This document shows, one piece after another, positions 9,599-19,185 of a stretch of DNA of 64,000 nt (the stretch's first letter is position 1; each line of letters starts with the position of its first letter). The DNA comes from an uncultured Candidatus Saccharibacteria bacterium (lineage in GTDB: Bacteria > Patescibacteriota > UBA1384 > CAYJQE01). The stretch spans positions 206 to 64,205 of the forward strand of contig CAYJQE010000002.1 of NCBI GenBank assembly GCA_964372245.1. Direction: 5' to 3'. Position numbers and translations under genes: made by a program. Below the pieces are notes generated by a model. The model was not told the DNA's origin. It ran no database searches and was given only the letters and a program-made list of their open reading frames with translations.

Positions 9599-10000
9599 GA
9601 GGCTGAAAGGGACGATTCGGTCAGCTAAAGATTGCGGCTCCAAAAAAGAGCCAAAAATTCCGCTGATCGGGCTTTCACATTTAGCAAACCCCTGTCGAAA
9701 CGGGTAAAGAGTTATCTGAAACTGGTTATTGGCTGGACCATGACAGCCAGTCTCTAAACCGACATGGGGAGCCTTGATCAAGGTGGGAGTGAAGGAAGAT
9801 AATAAAATGTCCTCTTTTCGACCGAAGATTCTGCTTTGGCGCAGTAGTGCCGATCCTCTACCATCTCGGCGCCAACGAGGTCATCTTCGCCCCTCAGAGG
9901 GGAACCTACTCGCTCCCCGTTCCTCATCAGGAAATGTTGAAAATTTATCAAGAGACTTGGCTTGAGGGAGAAGGACAAGAGTAGAGGAATTAAAAGCCCA

Positions 10001-10025
10001 AACCCGCCCCGGATCGGGGCGGGTT
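10001..10025. terminator. Bidirectional intrinsic terminator hairpin between convergent genes
   Basis: Perfect inverted repeat AACCCGCCCCG-GATC-GGGGCGGGTT. T-rich tract (TTTTAATT) follows on the minus-strand transcript. Confidence 0.6.
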
Positions 10026-10030
10026 CGTTG

Positions 10031-11035
10031 TCATCTCGGCGTCCGCCAGTTTTGGTGCTCGACATGCGAACCGCCGGCGAACAGATCAAAGTTTTTCGGT
10101 CGGAGGCCGACTTTTCTCATGGCGTCGCTGACGGCGGCTCTTTTTTCCTGAGGAACAGCGAAAACCCAAAAGCCGTCCTGGCCAGCGCCGTTCAATTTGC
10201 CGCCTAAGGCCCCGGCCCCAATCGCTGTTTCGTAGTGCTCTTCAAGCCTGGAGCTTGTGACCCCCGGCAGCCTCTTCTTCTCTTGCCACTCACGGCCGAT
10301 AATTTTTCCGGCCTCCACGAAATCACTGGCTTCGAGGGCCGCCCCGAACTCGTAAGCCAGATTTTTTATTTGGTCGTAGACGGGAAAGTTATCCTTCACT
10401 TCCCGATCCTGTTTCTTAAGGAGATCATCGGTCGACCGAGCCAGGCCGGTTTCGAAGAAAAGCAGACAGTCGGAGAACTCTCTCCGGCGATCGGTCGGCA
10501 AGTTGACAGCCGACACGCCGACCGAACCGTCGGGATGGTATTCGTAGAGCTGGATTCCGCCAAAAGCGACTGTCCAAGGATCTTGAGCGCCGGTCAGATG
10601 GCCGATGTCGCGTTCGATCTTCAACGCCTCTCTCGCCAGTTCTTCGGCGCCCGGCAAGCGGCCGGAGAGGACCCAAAGAGCGTGGAGAAGGCCGACGGTG
10701 AAGGCCGACGACCCCGCCAGACCCGAGCCTCGCGTTGTCAACTCTCCCATGGCGTGAACCTCAAGGTTGTCGGTGATTCCCGTCTTTGTCATGACTGCCC
10801 TGAACAGCGGGTTTGAGACCTCGTCAATCGAATCGACCCGCTCATTTACTCGAGTGACGACGACTATCCCCGCCTCGCCCTTCGGCGGGTCTGTCCGAAA
10901 GGCGGCGATTCTTAACATGATATCGAGGGCCATACCGACGCTCGCGCCGCCTCTCTCCTCGACATACTGCGGCCGATCGGTTGAACCTCCGACCGAGAAT
11001 CTGGCCGGCGTGGCGGTAAGAACGAAAGCTGACAT
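10031..11035 (-). CDS. GHMP-family kinase, HddA-like (sugar/heptose-7-phosphate kinase)
   Basis: 'GSGLAGSSAFTVGLLHAL' GHMP motif and C-terminal 'GAGALGGKLNGAGQDGF'. ATG at 11035 with AAGGAG SD. ORF track starts at GTG 11038. Confidence 0.7.
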   Translation of the reverse strand: MSAFVLTATPARFSVGGSTDRPQYVEERGGASVGMALDIMLRIAAFRTDPPKGEAGIVVVTRVNERVDSIDEVSNPLFRAVMTKTGITDNLEVHAMGELTTRGSGLAGSSAFTVGLLHALWVLSGRLPGAEELAREALKIERDIGHLTGAQDPWTVAFGGIQLYEYHPDGSVGVSAVNLPTDRRREFSDCLLFFETGLARSTDDLLKKQDREVKDNFPVYDQIKNLAYEFGAALEASDFVEAGKIIGREWQEKKRLPGVTSSRLEEHYETAIGAGALGGKLNGAGQDGFWVFAVPQEKRAAVSDAMRKVGLRPKNFDLFAGGSHVEHQNWRTPR

Positions 11036-11151
11036 CACATCACTCCTTTTTCAAAGTCGGATTTCCAATCAACTCTATTCGAGCTGGTTTGGCTGTCAAG
11101 CTCGATTGACAGCCATCTTGGTCTGGTCTAGCTTCGATACCAGATCGGACT

Positions 11152-11847
11152 TTGACATTGGGGGTAGATATTGGAAAACTATTTTTCGTTTCTCGACTGG
11201 TGGCAAGGGGGGGACCGATAGCCGGTTGGTCAAGCCGGATCGGAGAGTTTGACGAATCGGCATTTGGCCTTGCCGTTCTTCGAGCGGCGGCAATGATCAA
11301 TCGGGTGAGGGAGAAAGGGAACTGGGTTTTTGCTCTCGAAGACGGCGATTAAGCCATTCAAAAGAATTTTGTTCCCGCTCTTTTCGCTGTCACTAATCGT
11401 CTGATTGTCGGTCAAAATAAGGAGATCAAGCCGATCCGAGCCTGTCAGATCGGGGCCAATCCGGCGGGTCTTTTTCGGCAATCGGTGAACGATCTTTCGA
11501 AGCGCGTTTTCGAGGTTTCGGACTTTGTCCGGAAAAACGATCTCTTAATTATTTTCTCCAGCTCTGGCGATTCCGCCGATCTCGTCTTGGCGACGACCGC
11601 GGCTTTGTACAGAAAAGCCGAAATCATAGCCATTGTCGGTCAGGGCGGAGGCCGATTAAGAGAGGGGCTATCTGACTTGGCCCACGGGATTTTTTTCGGT
11701 CAAGCCGTTTGTGGGCTTAAAGACGACCCGATCGGTTATTCATCCGGCCTTGCCGACGCCGGAAACTCGGCGGCGGTTGTCTGTCAAGCGATCTTTCTCG
11801 CGTTCCAAGCCGGGATTTTGGGGAACTACCCGCTCCCAAACGGCTAG
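11152..11847 (+). pseudogene. gmhA: gmhA-like sedoheptulose-7-phosphate isomerase (SIS domain) interrupted by in-frame TAA at 11350-11352
   Basis: Frame 1 reads straight through ORF 11152-11352, the TAA, then ORF 11485-11847. C-terminal half carries SIS motifs ('LLIIFSSSGDSADLV', 'IIAIVGQGGG'). N-terminal half aligns to GmhA, but the GNGGS motif is replaced by 'LEDGD*'. Confidence 0.5.
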
Positions 11848-11923
11848 GTTTGCGCTTTCCGATTAAAAGAGCGATCATTCGGCTCAAAGCTCTAATCAAG
11901 GACTGAAAAGGAGGCGGGAGATC

Positions 11924-12571
11924 ATGAAAAAAAATGCCAACTTTGATTGTTTCAATGCTTGGTTCCAGAGAAGGTATGGCAGGGAGGGCTGTCTCTACGA
12001 GCCGGATCTTGGGAAGAGCACGGCGCTAAATGGGATCTGGCGGGCGGCCTCAGTCATTGAAGGAGTAAGACTATTGGGTCGGACAGTCTATCTGGCCGAC
12101 GATCTGCCCGGTCCAAACTCGATCCTTTATTTGCTTGCCGATCTGGCAAACGGCGATCCGGCTGGTCGTTCGGGCCTCAAACTCCGACTTAAACCTCTGC
12201 CGCCCAAAACCGATCTTCTGCACCAGAAGGCCGGCTGTCTGGTGGTTTTTTCCGGCCAGGCTCAAGTCAGTCTGGCTATCAAGTGGGCTATGGTTTACGC
12301 CAACAGAAGGGAGCCGTCTTTGCCGGTGATTCTCTTTGCCGGCGGCGATTCGTGGCTAAAAGAAGACTTTCAGGCCGGCGGGATTGAGGCCGACCAAGTG
12401 ATCTTCTTTGGTCAGCCACCCAACAACTCGGCCGATCCAGTTGATCGAGCCTTCCAACGGGCCGGCACGATTACCGGCCTGATTGGCTTGGCCGAACTGC
12501 TTGGTTTGGCCATAGTCGGGCTTTCGCTCAACCAATTCCCGATCGCCCCGGAAATTCGGGCTGAAGACTAA
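11924..12571 (+). CDS. Hypothetical protein (215 aa) with C-terminal hydrophobic segment, sits in the heptose cassette
   Basis: ATG with strong AAGGAGG SD. No recognisable motif by eye. Positionally where a GmhB-type phosphatase would be expected, but no DxDG HAD motif. Confidence 0.4.
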   Translation: MKKNANFDCFNAWFQRRYGREGCLYEPDLGKSTALNGIWRAASVIEGVRLLGRTVYLADDLPGPNSILYLLADLANGDPAGRSGLKLRLKPLPPKTDLLHQKAGCLVVFSGQAQVSLAIKWAMVYANRREPSLPVILFAGGDSWLKEDFQAGGIEADQVIFFGQPPNNSADPVDRAFQRAGTITGLIGLAELLGLAIVGLSLNQFPIAPEIRAED

Positions 12572-12627
12572 TTCGGCCCGATTTCCTTTTCTAAAATATT
12601 TTTTTTTGTTAGCTTCAAGAAAAGGCA

Positions 12628-13854
12628 ATGAATAACCGACCGACAGTCTTTATCGTCTCGCCCTTCTTTCAGCCAAACACCGGCGGCGTTGAGTCTCATC
12701 TCAAGAAGTTGACCGAGTATTTAATCGGTCATGGGCACCGAGTCATTGTCTCGACCTACCAGCCCTTGATGACCGAGGCCAGGGGCTTAAGTTTTGAGGA
12801 GAGCGAGGACAAACCGGGCTTGACGATCTACCGTCAGACTTGGTTCGGCCGGGGCTGGTTCGGAAAGCTCGAGTCCTACTTCCCGCTGGTCTTTCTTTAT
12901 CTCTTCCCGGGCCTTTTCTATCAGTCCTTAAAGGTCTATCGGAAACACCGAGAAGAGATAGAGGTGATTCACGCTCACGGTTTTATCGCCGCCCTAATCG
13001 CTCTTTTTCTCAAGCGGCTTGACAACAAGAGAATCGTGGTCTCGACTCACGCCATCTATCACTTCAAGGGCAGACCGATCCTGGCTTTCTTTATGAAACG
13101 GATTCTTAAGCCCTTTGATTATATCTTGGCCGTCGGTCAACCTTCGAAGGCCGAGGTGATTCTCGATCTTTCGATCCCGTCCGAAAAGGTCGAGGTTCAT
13201 CCCAACTGGATTGATCTTTCAACCTTCAAAAGCCCGGGTCGCCAACTGGCCAAGGAGCGCCTTGGTCTCTCGGGCAAGTTTGTCGTCCTCTTCATCGGTC
13301 GGCTGATCGAGAAAAAGGGCGTCCGGGTTCTTCTCGAGGTTGCCAAGAAGCTGCCGGCCGCGACCTTTGTCTTCATCGGCGACGGCGAGATGGAGCCGGC
13401 GGTTGAAGCGGCGGCCAAGGGAGGCAATCTCAACGTTAAAAAGGTCGGACGGCTCTCGCAGGGCCAGCCGGAAGAGCTGAAGGAGCTAATCAACTACTAC
13501 TCGGCGGCTGACGTTATGGCCTCGCCGGTCCAGTACGACGAGGGGTTCGCGACCGTCTATCTTGAGGCCTTGGCTTGCGAGACCCCGATTTTGACGGCCA
13601 AAAAGGGTCAACTTCCCCATTTTTTGACCGATGAGGTGGGCGTTCTTCTTGAAGAGGCGACGGTTCCGGCCGTTTATCAAACCCTTTCCGATTGGCTCAA
13701 GAACCGAGAAAAACTTGAGCGGCTGGCCGAAGCGGCCAGAGCCTACGCCGTCAGACATTTCTCGGAGGATAATGTCAAGGTCATTACCAACGCTTATTTA
13801 CCAAAGACTGAAAAATGGCCCGCCTCTCCCGAGGTCAGCCCTACCGGATCCTAG
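12628..13854 (+). CDS. Family 4 glycosyltransferase (GT-B, GT1 fold)
   Basis: 'GGVESHLKKLTEYLIGHGHRVIV' N-terminal GT4 motif. 408 aa. Confidence 0.75.
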   Translation: MNNRPTVFIVSPFFQPNTGGVESHLKKLTEYLIGHGHRVIVSTYQPLMTEARGLSFEESEDKPGLTIYRQTWFGRGWFGKLESYFPLVFLYLFPGLFYQSLKVYRKHREEIEVIHAHGFIAALIALFLKRLDNKRIVVSTHAIYHFKGRPILAFFMKRILKPFDYILAVGQPSKAEVILDLSIPSEKVEVHPNWIDLSTFKSPGRQLAKERLGLSGKFVVLFIGRLIEKKGVRVLLEVAKKLPAATFVFIGDGEMEPAVEAAAKGGNLNVKKVGRLSQGQPEELKELINYYSAADVMASPVQYDEGFATVYLEALACETPILTAKKGQLPHFLTDEVGVLLEEATVPAVYQTLSDWLKNREKLERLAEAARAYAVRHFSEDNVKVITNAYLPKTEKWPASPEVSPTGS

Positions 13855-15089
13855 TTCTAGCCGGTCAGCTTCTGGCCTCCTCGATCGCTTCAGGCGGCGA
13901 TCGGCTCTTTGGCGAGATTGCGATTGAGTGGCAGAAGAAAGGTCATAAGGTTACCCTGCTTCTCCCGAGCTTCGCCAGGGCGGCCTATCAGCAGACCTTC
14001 GGTTTCCAGAATTTTATAGAGCTCTCTGTCGACATCCGCGACCGGATTGATCAATCGGCGATCAGGCTCTGGCAAGTGCTGGCTCTCTATCTTCGACGGG
14101 CTAGGGACATAAAGGCCCTGATCGGAAAAGAAGAGTTCGATCTGATTTACACCAGCGGCGATTTCTTGTGCAACACTTTGCCGGCCGTTGACTACCTCAA
14201 TCATCACCCGAAAGCGAAATGGTTTGCCAATATCTTCCACATCAACGAGGTTCCCTGGCGTCGGCGAAGCAACTGGTGGCTGATCGCTCTTGGCTCTTAC
14301 CTGATCCAACGTTGGTCTTTTTTCTTGATCAACCGCCTTGCTCACAAAATCTTTTTGCTTAATCGGGGAACAGAGAAAGAGCTTGCCGAAATGGGCTTTA
14401 ACCGGTCAAAGTTGGCGGTTGTCGGCGGCGGCTTGAGATTTTTACCGCTTAGTCGGAAAAAGCCGGCCGACATCGCTCTCTTTATCGGTCGGCTGAATAA
14501 GACGAAAGGCGTTTTTGACCTGCCGAGGATTTGGCGTCGGGTGCTGGAAAGAGCCCCGATGGCGACCCTGATATTGGTCGGTCGGGGCGACCCCCAAGTC
14601 GAGCAGGACCTGAAGCGGGCCTTCGCGCGAGCCGGTCTTTCTCAATCGGTCAACTTTTATGGTTTTGTTGACGATGATCGGCTGATCGGCCTAATGCGGC
14701 AGGCCAAGGTCTTCATTCTCCCCTCCTACGAAGAGGGTTGGAGCATAGCGACTTACGAGGCGATAGCGGCCGGCGCGGCGCCGGCTCTTTATCGTCTGCC
14801 GATCTTTCGAGAGGTCCTCGGTTTGGCCGATCTGCCGGCGCCGGGTGAAATTAGGAAGATGGCCGACCGGGTGGCCTATTTTTTGACTGACGAGCGGACT
14901 CGAAGGAATTTTGTGCTCGCTCTCCGCCGTCGGGTTCGACCCTACTCCTGGTCTCGGCTGGCCGCCGCTGAACTGGCTTTCCTCGATCCTGAAAATCGGC
15001 CGTTCAAATCCAGTCGTCGAAAAAAGTCGCCCAAAGACCCGTCAAGATCTCTTGAGCCGAGAAGGCGAACGGTCGCCGTTTTGAAGTGA
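13815..15089 (+). CDS. Family 4 glycosyltransferase
   Basis: EX7E motif 'EGWSIATYEAIAAGAAP'. Overlaps the upstream GT4 by 40 nt. Confidence 0.7.
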   Translation: MARLSRGQPYRILVLAGQLLASSIASGGDRLFGEIAIEWQKKGHKVTLLLPSFARAAYQQTFGFQNFIELSVDIRDRIDQSAIRLWQVLALYLRRARDIKALIGKEEFDLIYTSGDFLCNTLPAVDYLNHHPKAKWFANIFHINEVPWRRRSNWWLIALGSYLIQRWSFFLINRLAHKIFLLNRGTEKELAEMGFNRSKLAVVGGGLRFLPLSRKKPADIALFIGRLNKTKGVFDLPRIWRRVLERAPMATLILVGRGDPQVEQDLKRAFARAGLSQSVNFYGFVDDDRLIGLMRQAKVFILPSYEEGWSIATYEAIAAGAAPALYRLPIFREVLGLADLPAPGEIRKMADRVAYFLTDERTRRNFVLALRRRVRPYSWSRLAAAELAFLDPENRPFKSSRRKKSPKDPSRSLEPRRRTVAVLK

Positions 15090-15092
15090 AGG

Positions 15093-18000
15093 CTATTTTT
15101 TGCCAGCCGGTTTCTTCTCGGAGTTAAACCAGAGAATTAGCAGAAAGAGGAGAAAGAGCAGACTGATCAGGTTGGCCAAAGCGAACCGAGTCTGATTCTT
15201 AAAATTAAGTTCGAGCTCGACTCTTTCCCCAATCGGCGGCATGAGAAAACCTTGGGCGAAGTGATTGACTGTCAGCCGCTCGGCCGCCACCGGTCTCTGA
15301 TCGATAAGGACCTGCCAGTTTGGGTTTTTCGACTCGAGAAAGGTCAATAAAAAGGGCGAATCGGTCTTCTCGATGGTCATCTTGGCCCGAGTTGGCGAGA
15401 GTCTCTGATAGTCGGAGATCGCGACCCTGTCCGGCTCGACCTTGAGAGATTTTTCGATAAAGATTGTTTCTAGGGGTTTGGCTTTTTCTCTCAAAACAAT
15501 ATTCGTCAGGCCGATCGTTGATCCCTCTTTGTCGCCGACAGCGAAAAAACCGAGCTCGGTTTTCTTTCCAGCTTTGAGACTAAGAGTTTGGTTGTAATGT
15601 CGCCAACCGACGTGTTTGCCAAGATAGCCGGCGATAACCGCTTGTCGTTCAGAGTCTCCGATCTGCTCGAGCTTGAGATCGAGCGTCTGGTCGTGGCGCC
15701 GCTGGCCGATTTGATTGCTAAGATAGCCGGCGATAACCGCTTGTCGTTCAGAGTCTCCGATCTGCTCGAGCTTGAAACCGATCGGCGAGTCTGAACCTTG
15801 AGCCATAAAATAGTCGAATCCAAGCTCATAGTCGCCCTCTTTCGTAACCGCCTGAAGCTTGGTCGTAAGCTCAACCTCTCGGTTTACCCGGTCGGTCTGA
15901 AGAGTCAGAAATTTTTGCCCGTCCTCTCTAAGGCTAAATTCAAAACATCGCTGGCAGGGATTTTCGATCTGCCAACCTTTGAGGCCCTGCTTGAAATCGG
16001 GATTGAGAATCAAGTTCTCGGATTGCCGACCCTCGCCCGAAGTCCGAATCTCAAACTCGGCTTTCTTGGGCGTTTGAGGTCTGGTCTTGGGCTCGGTTCT
16101 CGGTTGAGCGAGATAGATGATCGGCTTTGACTCGATCAATCTTGATGCCCGATTCTCAGCTTGCCGCCAGCGATCTTCCGGGACGACGATCAATCGGGAA
16201 ACGGCGTTAAAACCGGGACCGCTTTCGAGTTGACCGGAAAGCTTGCCGCTTGGAAGCTCGACCCTTCCAAGATCGAACCAGTGGTAACCCTTGCTCTCTG
16301 ACCAGCCGGTCACGATTGGTTCGAGCTTTTGATCGTCGAGCGAGAGCTCGAGTTGGCTGCCGGCTGGCGACCTAAAGGCTTGGAGAAGGACTCGATAATC
16401 GCCAGTCTCTTCGAGTCTGATCTCAAAATTCAAGCGATCTTCGGTCTCCGAGAGAATATAATCCGAGGTCGAGTTGGCGACCGGCTCTTTCCACCACCAC
16501 TGGTTGAGATAGGCGGCGACAAAATGCTCGTTAGCGTCGGCGTCGGTTGGCGGGATGAACCGCCCCAAGTCATATTTGTATCTTGCCGGCAAGAAGGCGG
16601 TCGTGAGGGTCTGTTCGTGATCCTCGGTCAGCCAAAGAGCCGAAACCTGCTCGATCGCCTCGTCGGAAAGTTCATTCTGTTCGGCGGCGAAAAGAAGCGG
16701 CGGCGGACTTTGATAAACCGACAACTCCGAGACCCGATCTATCAGATCGAAATCGCCTACCAAGAGGGCGGCTTTTTTGGCCATGACCGGACCGATCGCT
16801 CGCTCGTTTTGAAAAACCGAGACCCGGCCAAGTCGTTCTCTGAGCGAGAGATCTTTTTGGCGAGGGAGGATTTTTTCCAGACGGGCTTTCTTGAAGAGCT
16901 CGAAAAGCCAAGGATTATCTCGGTTGACAATGAATGAGGGATAACGAGAGGTAAAGTTTCTGTCAAAGATGATCTGGCCGATATTGGCCGTCGCCGCCGA
17001 GAAGCCGAAGTTATCGGTCTGGCCAAAGTTAAGGAGATTTATCAAATAGGCCGAGAGAGCCGGCCAGGCGGATGGGTTGGCGCCGGTCCAGAAAACCGGT
17101 TTGGCCGGTGTTTGGGTGAAGGGATTGACGCCGGGCGAGGTTTCCCGGCCAAAGCCGTTGTTTTCAAGGCTCATCGGCTGGTTGGTCGGCGCGTGCATAA
17201 TTCGAAAGTCGGCCGGGTTCTCTCGGAGCCGCTGGTAGACGATTTGAGAATCTTTTGGCGCCCGATAAGGCACGAGCTTGTCCCGGATGTAGGGCAGATA
17301 ATAGACCGAACTTGAGACGAGCGGGATGAAGAAAAGAATCGGCAAGATCAAAAATCGGCGATTGGTCTCAAGCAGCCAGTCGGCGGCAATGGCGAAGAGC
17401 AGACTAAAAGCCAGAGTGGTCAGGGCTAAGGCGTATGAACTGTTTCTCAAGACTGTCATCGGAGCGAAGTTGTCGTAGAGCCACTGGTTGAGCTGGCCGA
17501 GCGGCGGATTGACGCCTTTGGCCAAGAGGAGGCTGAAAATCGAGAGAGCGAGGAGAAAGAGGACCAGCGGCCTTCGTTTTTTGACCTTCAAAGAGACGAC
17601 AATCAGGCAGAGAAGCAGGATTCGGCTTGCGATCCAAACCGTTTTAAGCCAAGGAATCTGGCTAATCGAGTTTAAAAAGTGATTGGTGAATCTGCCGCCC
17701 TGAAGTGAAAGAGCCGACAGAAGCGAGGGATGCCCGAGGATGACATGGGATTTGATGGCGGTCGAGAGCTGATCGGACAGGTCAGCCGATCGCGACAAGC
17801 CGAGGAGCTCGAAAAGGAGGATGAGAAGCGTTGGTTGGAGGAAGATCGGCCCAAGTAGGAAGCCCAAGCCGGATAAGACCAGTCGGCCTCTTTGAGACCA
17901 ATCGTTTTTTTGGCCAAGATGCCAGATCAGACTGAAGAGAAGCAGCAAAGCGCCGATGATCAAGAAGTTTAACGAGCTGGCGATGAGGCCAAAAACGACG

Positions 18001-18545
18001 GCCGTTTTCAGAATCTCCCCCGCCGATCGCCTTTTTGGCAAGAACCAGAGATCGCCCAAAAATTCCGGCAGGAAAACGTAGGACGGGAAAAACTTCAGGT
18101 AACCTTCGACCAGACTGTCAAAGAAAAGCGGAGTGACAAGATAAAGAAAGCCGGCCAGAAAGCTGGCCAATCTCGAAAGACCGAGTCTTCTTGCCAGTCT
18201 TGTCATCGTCAGACCGGCGATTGGCAAGAGAAAGATTGGATATTTTGAGATTATCGCCCCGCCAAAGCGGCCAAGATAGGCCGAGAGAGCCATAAGCTGT
18301 TCAACATAGTTGCCGAATTGGCGGCTTTGTTCAAAGCCGAAATAATTTTTGTTCCAGAAAAAAAGGCTGTTGAGTCCGAGTTTTTCGTTTTGCCAAGGCA
18401 TGGGTGGGATCGGCCAGTCGCCGGAAAGTCCGATCGTCCCGGGAGAAAAAATCAGTTGCCAGAGACCAAAACCGACGATCAGGCTAAAAAAAAGACCGGT
18501 GGCAAAGAGCCATCGTCTCTTGATAAACTCCCCAAACCAGATCAT
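15093..18545 (-). CDS. Giant YfhO-like/GT-C-type polytopic membrane glycosyltransferase candidate (1150 aa), paralog of the genes at 29108, 31481 and 35253
   Basis: N-terminal multi-TM block with 'GLSGDWPIPP' loop motif, long extracytoplasmic domain, C-terminal 'SxxNPNWQVLIDQRPV...FAQGF' block plus single C-terminal TM anchor. Shares blocks ('NNGFGRETSPGVNPF', 'IFDRNFTSRYPSFIV') with the 1263-aa paralog. Confidence 0.6.
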   Translation of the reverse strand: MIWFGEFIKRRWLFATGLFFSLIVGFGLWQLIFSPGTIGLSGDWPIPPMPWQNEKLGLNSLFFWNKNYFGFEQSRQFGNYVEQLMALSAYLGRFGGAIISKYPIFLLPIAGLTMTRLARRLGLSRLASFLAGFLYLVTPLFFDSLVEGYLKFFPSYVFLPEFLGDLWFLPKRRSAGEILKTAVVFGLIASSLNFLIIGALLLLFSLIWHLGQKNDWSQRGRLVLSGLGFLLGPIFLQPTLLILLFELLGLSRSADLSDQLSTAIKSHVILGHPSLLSALSLQGGRFTNHFLNSISQIPWLKTVWIASRILLLCLIVVSLKVKKRRPLVLFLLALSIFSLLLAKGVNPPLGQLNQWLYDNFAPMTVLRNSSYALALTTLAFSLLFAIAADWLLETNRRFLILPILFFIPLVSSSVYYLPYIRDKLVPYRAPKDSQIVYQRLRENPADFRIMHAPTNQPMSLENNGFGRETSPGVNPFTQTPAKPVFWTGANPSAWPALSAYLINLLNFGQTDNFGFSAATANIGQIIFDRNFTSRYPSFIVNRDNPWLFELFKKARLEKILPRQKDLSLRERLGRVSVFQNERAIGPVMAKKAALLVGDFDLIDRVSELSVYQSPPPLLFAAEQNELSDEAIEQVSALWLTEDHEQTLTTAFLPARYKYDLGRFIPPTDADANEHFVAAYLNQWWWKEPVANSTSDYILSETEDRLNFEIRLEETGDYRVLLQAFRSPAGSQLELSLDDQKLEPIVTGWSESKGYHWFDLGRVELPSGKLSGQLESGPGFNAVSRLIVVPEDRWRQAENRASRLIESKPIIYLAQPRTEPKTRPQTPKKAEFEIRTSGEGRQSENLILNPDFKQGLKGWQIENPCQRCFEFSLREDGQKFLTLQTDRVNREVELTTKLQAVTKEGDYELGFDYFMAQGSDSPIGFKLEQIGDSERQAVIAGYLSNQIGQRRHDQTLDLKLEQIGDSERQAVIAGYLGKHVGWRHYNQTLSLKAGKKTELGFFAVGDKEGSTIGLTNIVLREKAKPLETIFIEKSLKVEPDRVAISDYQRLSPTRAKMTIEKTDSPFLLTFLESKNPNWQVLIDQRPVAAERLTVNHFAQGFLMPPIGERVELELNFKNQTRFALANLISLLFLLFLLILWFNSEKKPAGKK
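15621..15818. repeat. 99-bp in-frame tandem duplication (2 copies) inside the 1150-aa membrane protein gene
   Basis: First 56 nt of each unit identical (aagatagccggcgataaccgcttgtcgttcagagtctccgatctgctcgagcttga). Encodes 'LEQIGDSERQAVIAGYL...' twice. Confidence 0.85.
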
Positions 18546-19090
18546 AATTTCTTTTCAAGCTCGAGTCTTTCGATCAAAACGATCTCATTGATCTGGTAGA
18601 GCCGGTCGGGCTGAACTGTCTTTGAAACCGCGAATCTTAAAGCCTCGATTTTTTCTTTAACCCTTTTTGCCAAAACGATCTCGCGACTGATCTGGGTGTT
18701 CCTTTTAATGATCGCTAAAGTTTCAAAATCTGAAGCCCCCTCTTTTTTGATCATCAGGCTAAAGTCAACCGGCATTCTGGCTAAACTGCTCTCGATGACG
18801 ATCTTCGAGAGCGGTTTTGGGGTTTTTAGGCTGACCTCGAAGGTTGAGAGCTGATCATCGTCGATCGAGCCAAACCAAAAAGAGTCGAGATCGCCGTCAA
18901 TCGTCGAGGAGGGACTGCCGCCTCTCTCTGGACGATAACCGAGGGTTGCCCGGCCGGAAACCGTCAATTCGCAGGCGCAGGGAAAATCTATGGTCTCTTT
19001 TTCGATTTTGACGATTGTGACAACCCGACTGATGAGGAAGAGAAAAAACAGACCGTTTAAGAACCAAAAAAATGCCGTCAAGCGTTTCAT
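18542..19090 (-). CDS. Small signal-anchored discoidin (F5/8 type C)-like domain protein, translationally coupled (ATGA overlap) to the downstream giant membrane protein
   Basis: Start taken at internal ATG 19090 ('MKRLTAFFWFLNGLFF' signal/anchor). 'DGDLDSFWFGS' matches the discoidin-like block of the 24464 protein. Stop TGA overlaps ATG of the 15093-18545 gene. Confidence 0.5.
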   Translation of the reverse strand: MKRLTAFFWFLNGLFFLFLISRVVTIVKIEKETIDFPCACELTVSGRATLGYRPERGGSPSSTIDGDLDSFWFGSIDDDQLSTFEVSLKTPKPLSKIVIESSLARMPVDFSLMIKKEGASDFETLAIIKRNTQISREIVLAKRVKEKIEALRFAVSKTVQPDRLYQINEIVLIERLELEKKL

Positions 19091-19185
19091 TATGATCCAG
19101 TATAGCTTGAAAACGGTCGAGTTCTTTCTGAACCGGAGAAGATCTTGGCTTTGAGCCTTATCGCTGCTAGCCTGAAAGACGACCA

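Noticed and set aside
11350-11352. Possibility that TAA is a recoded sense codon (alternative genetic code)
   Set aside because: Many well-supported genes in the window terminate with TAA at positions consistent with full-length homolog lengths (e.g. 1257-1259, 59984-59986), so global TAA reassignment is not supported. A local pseudogene or sequencing error is more parsimonious.
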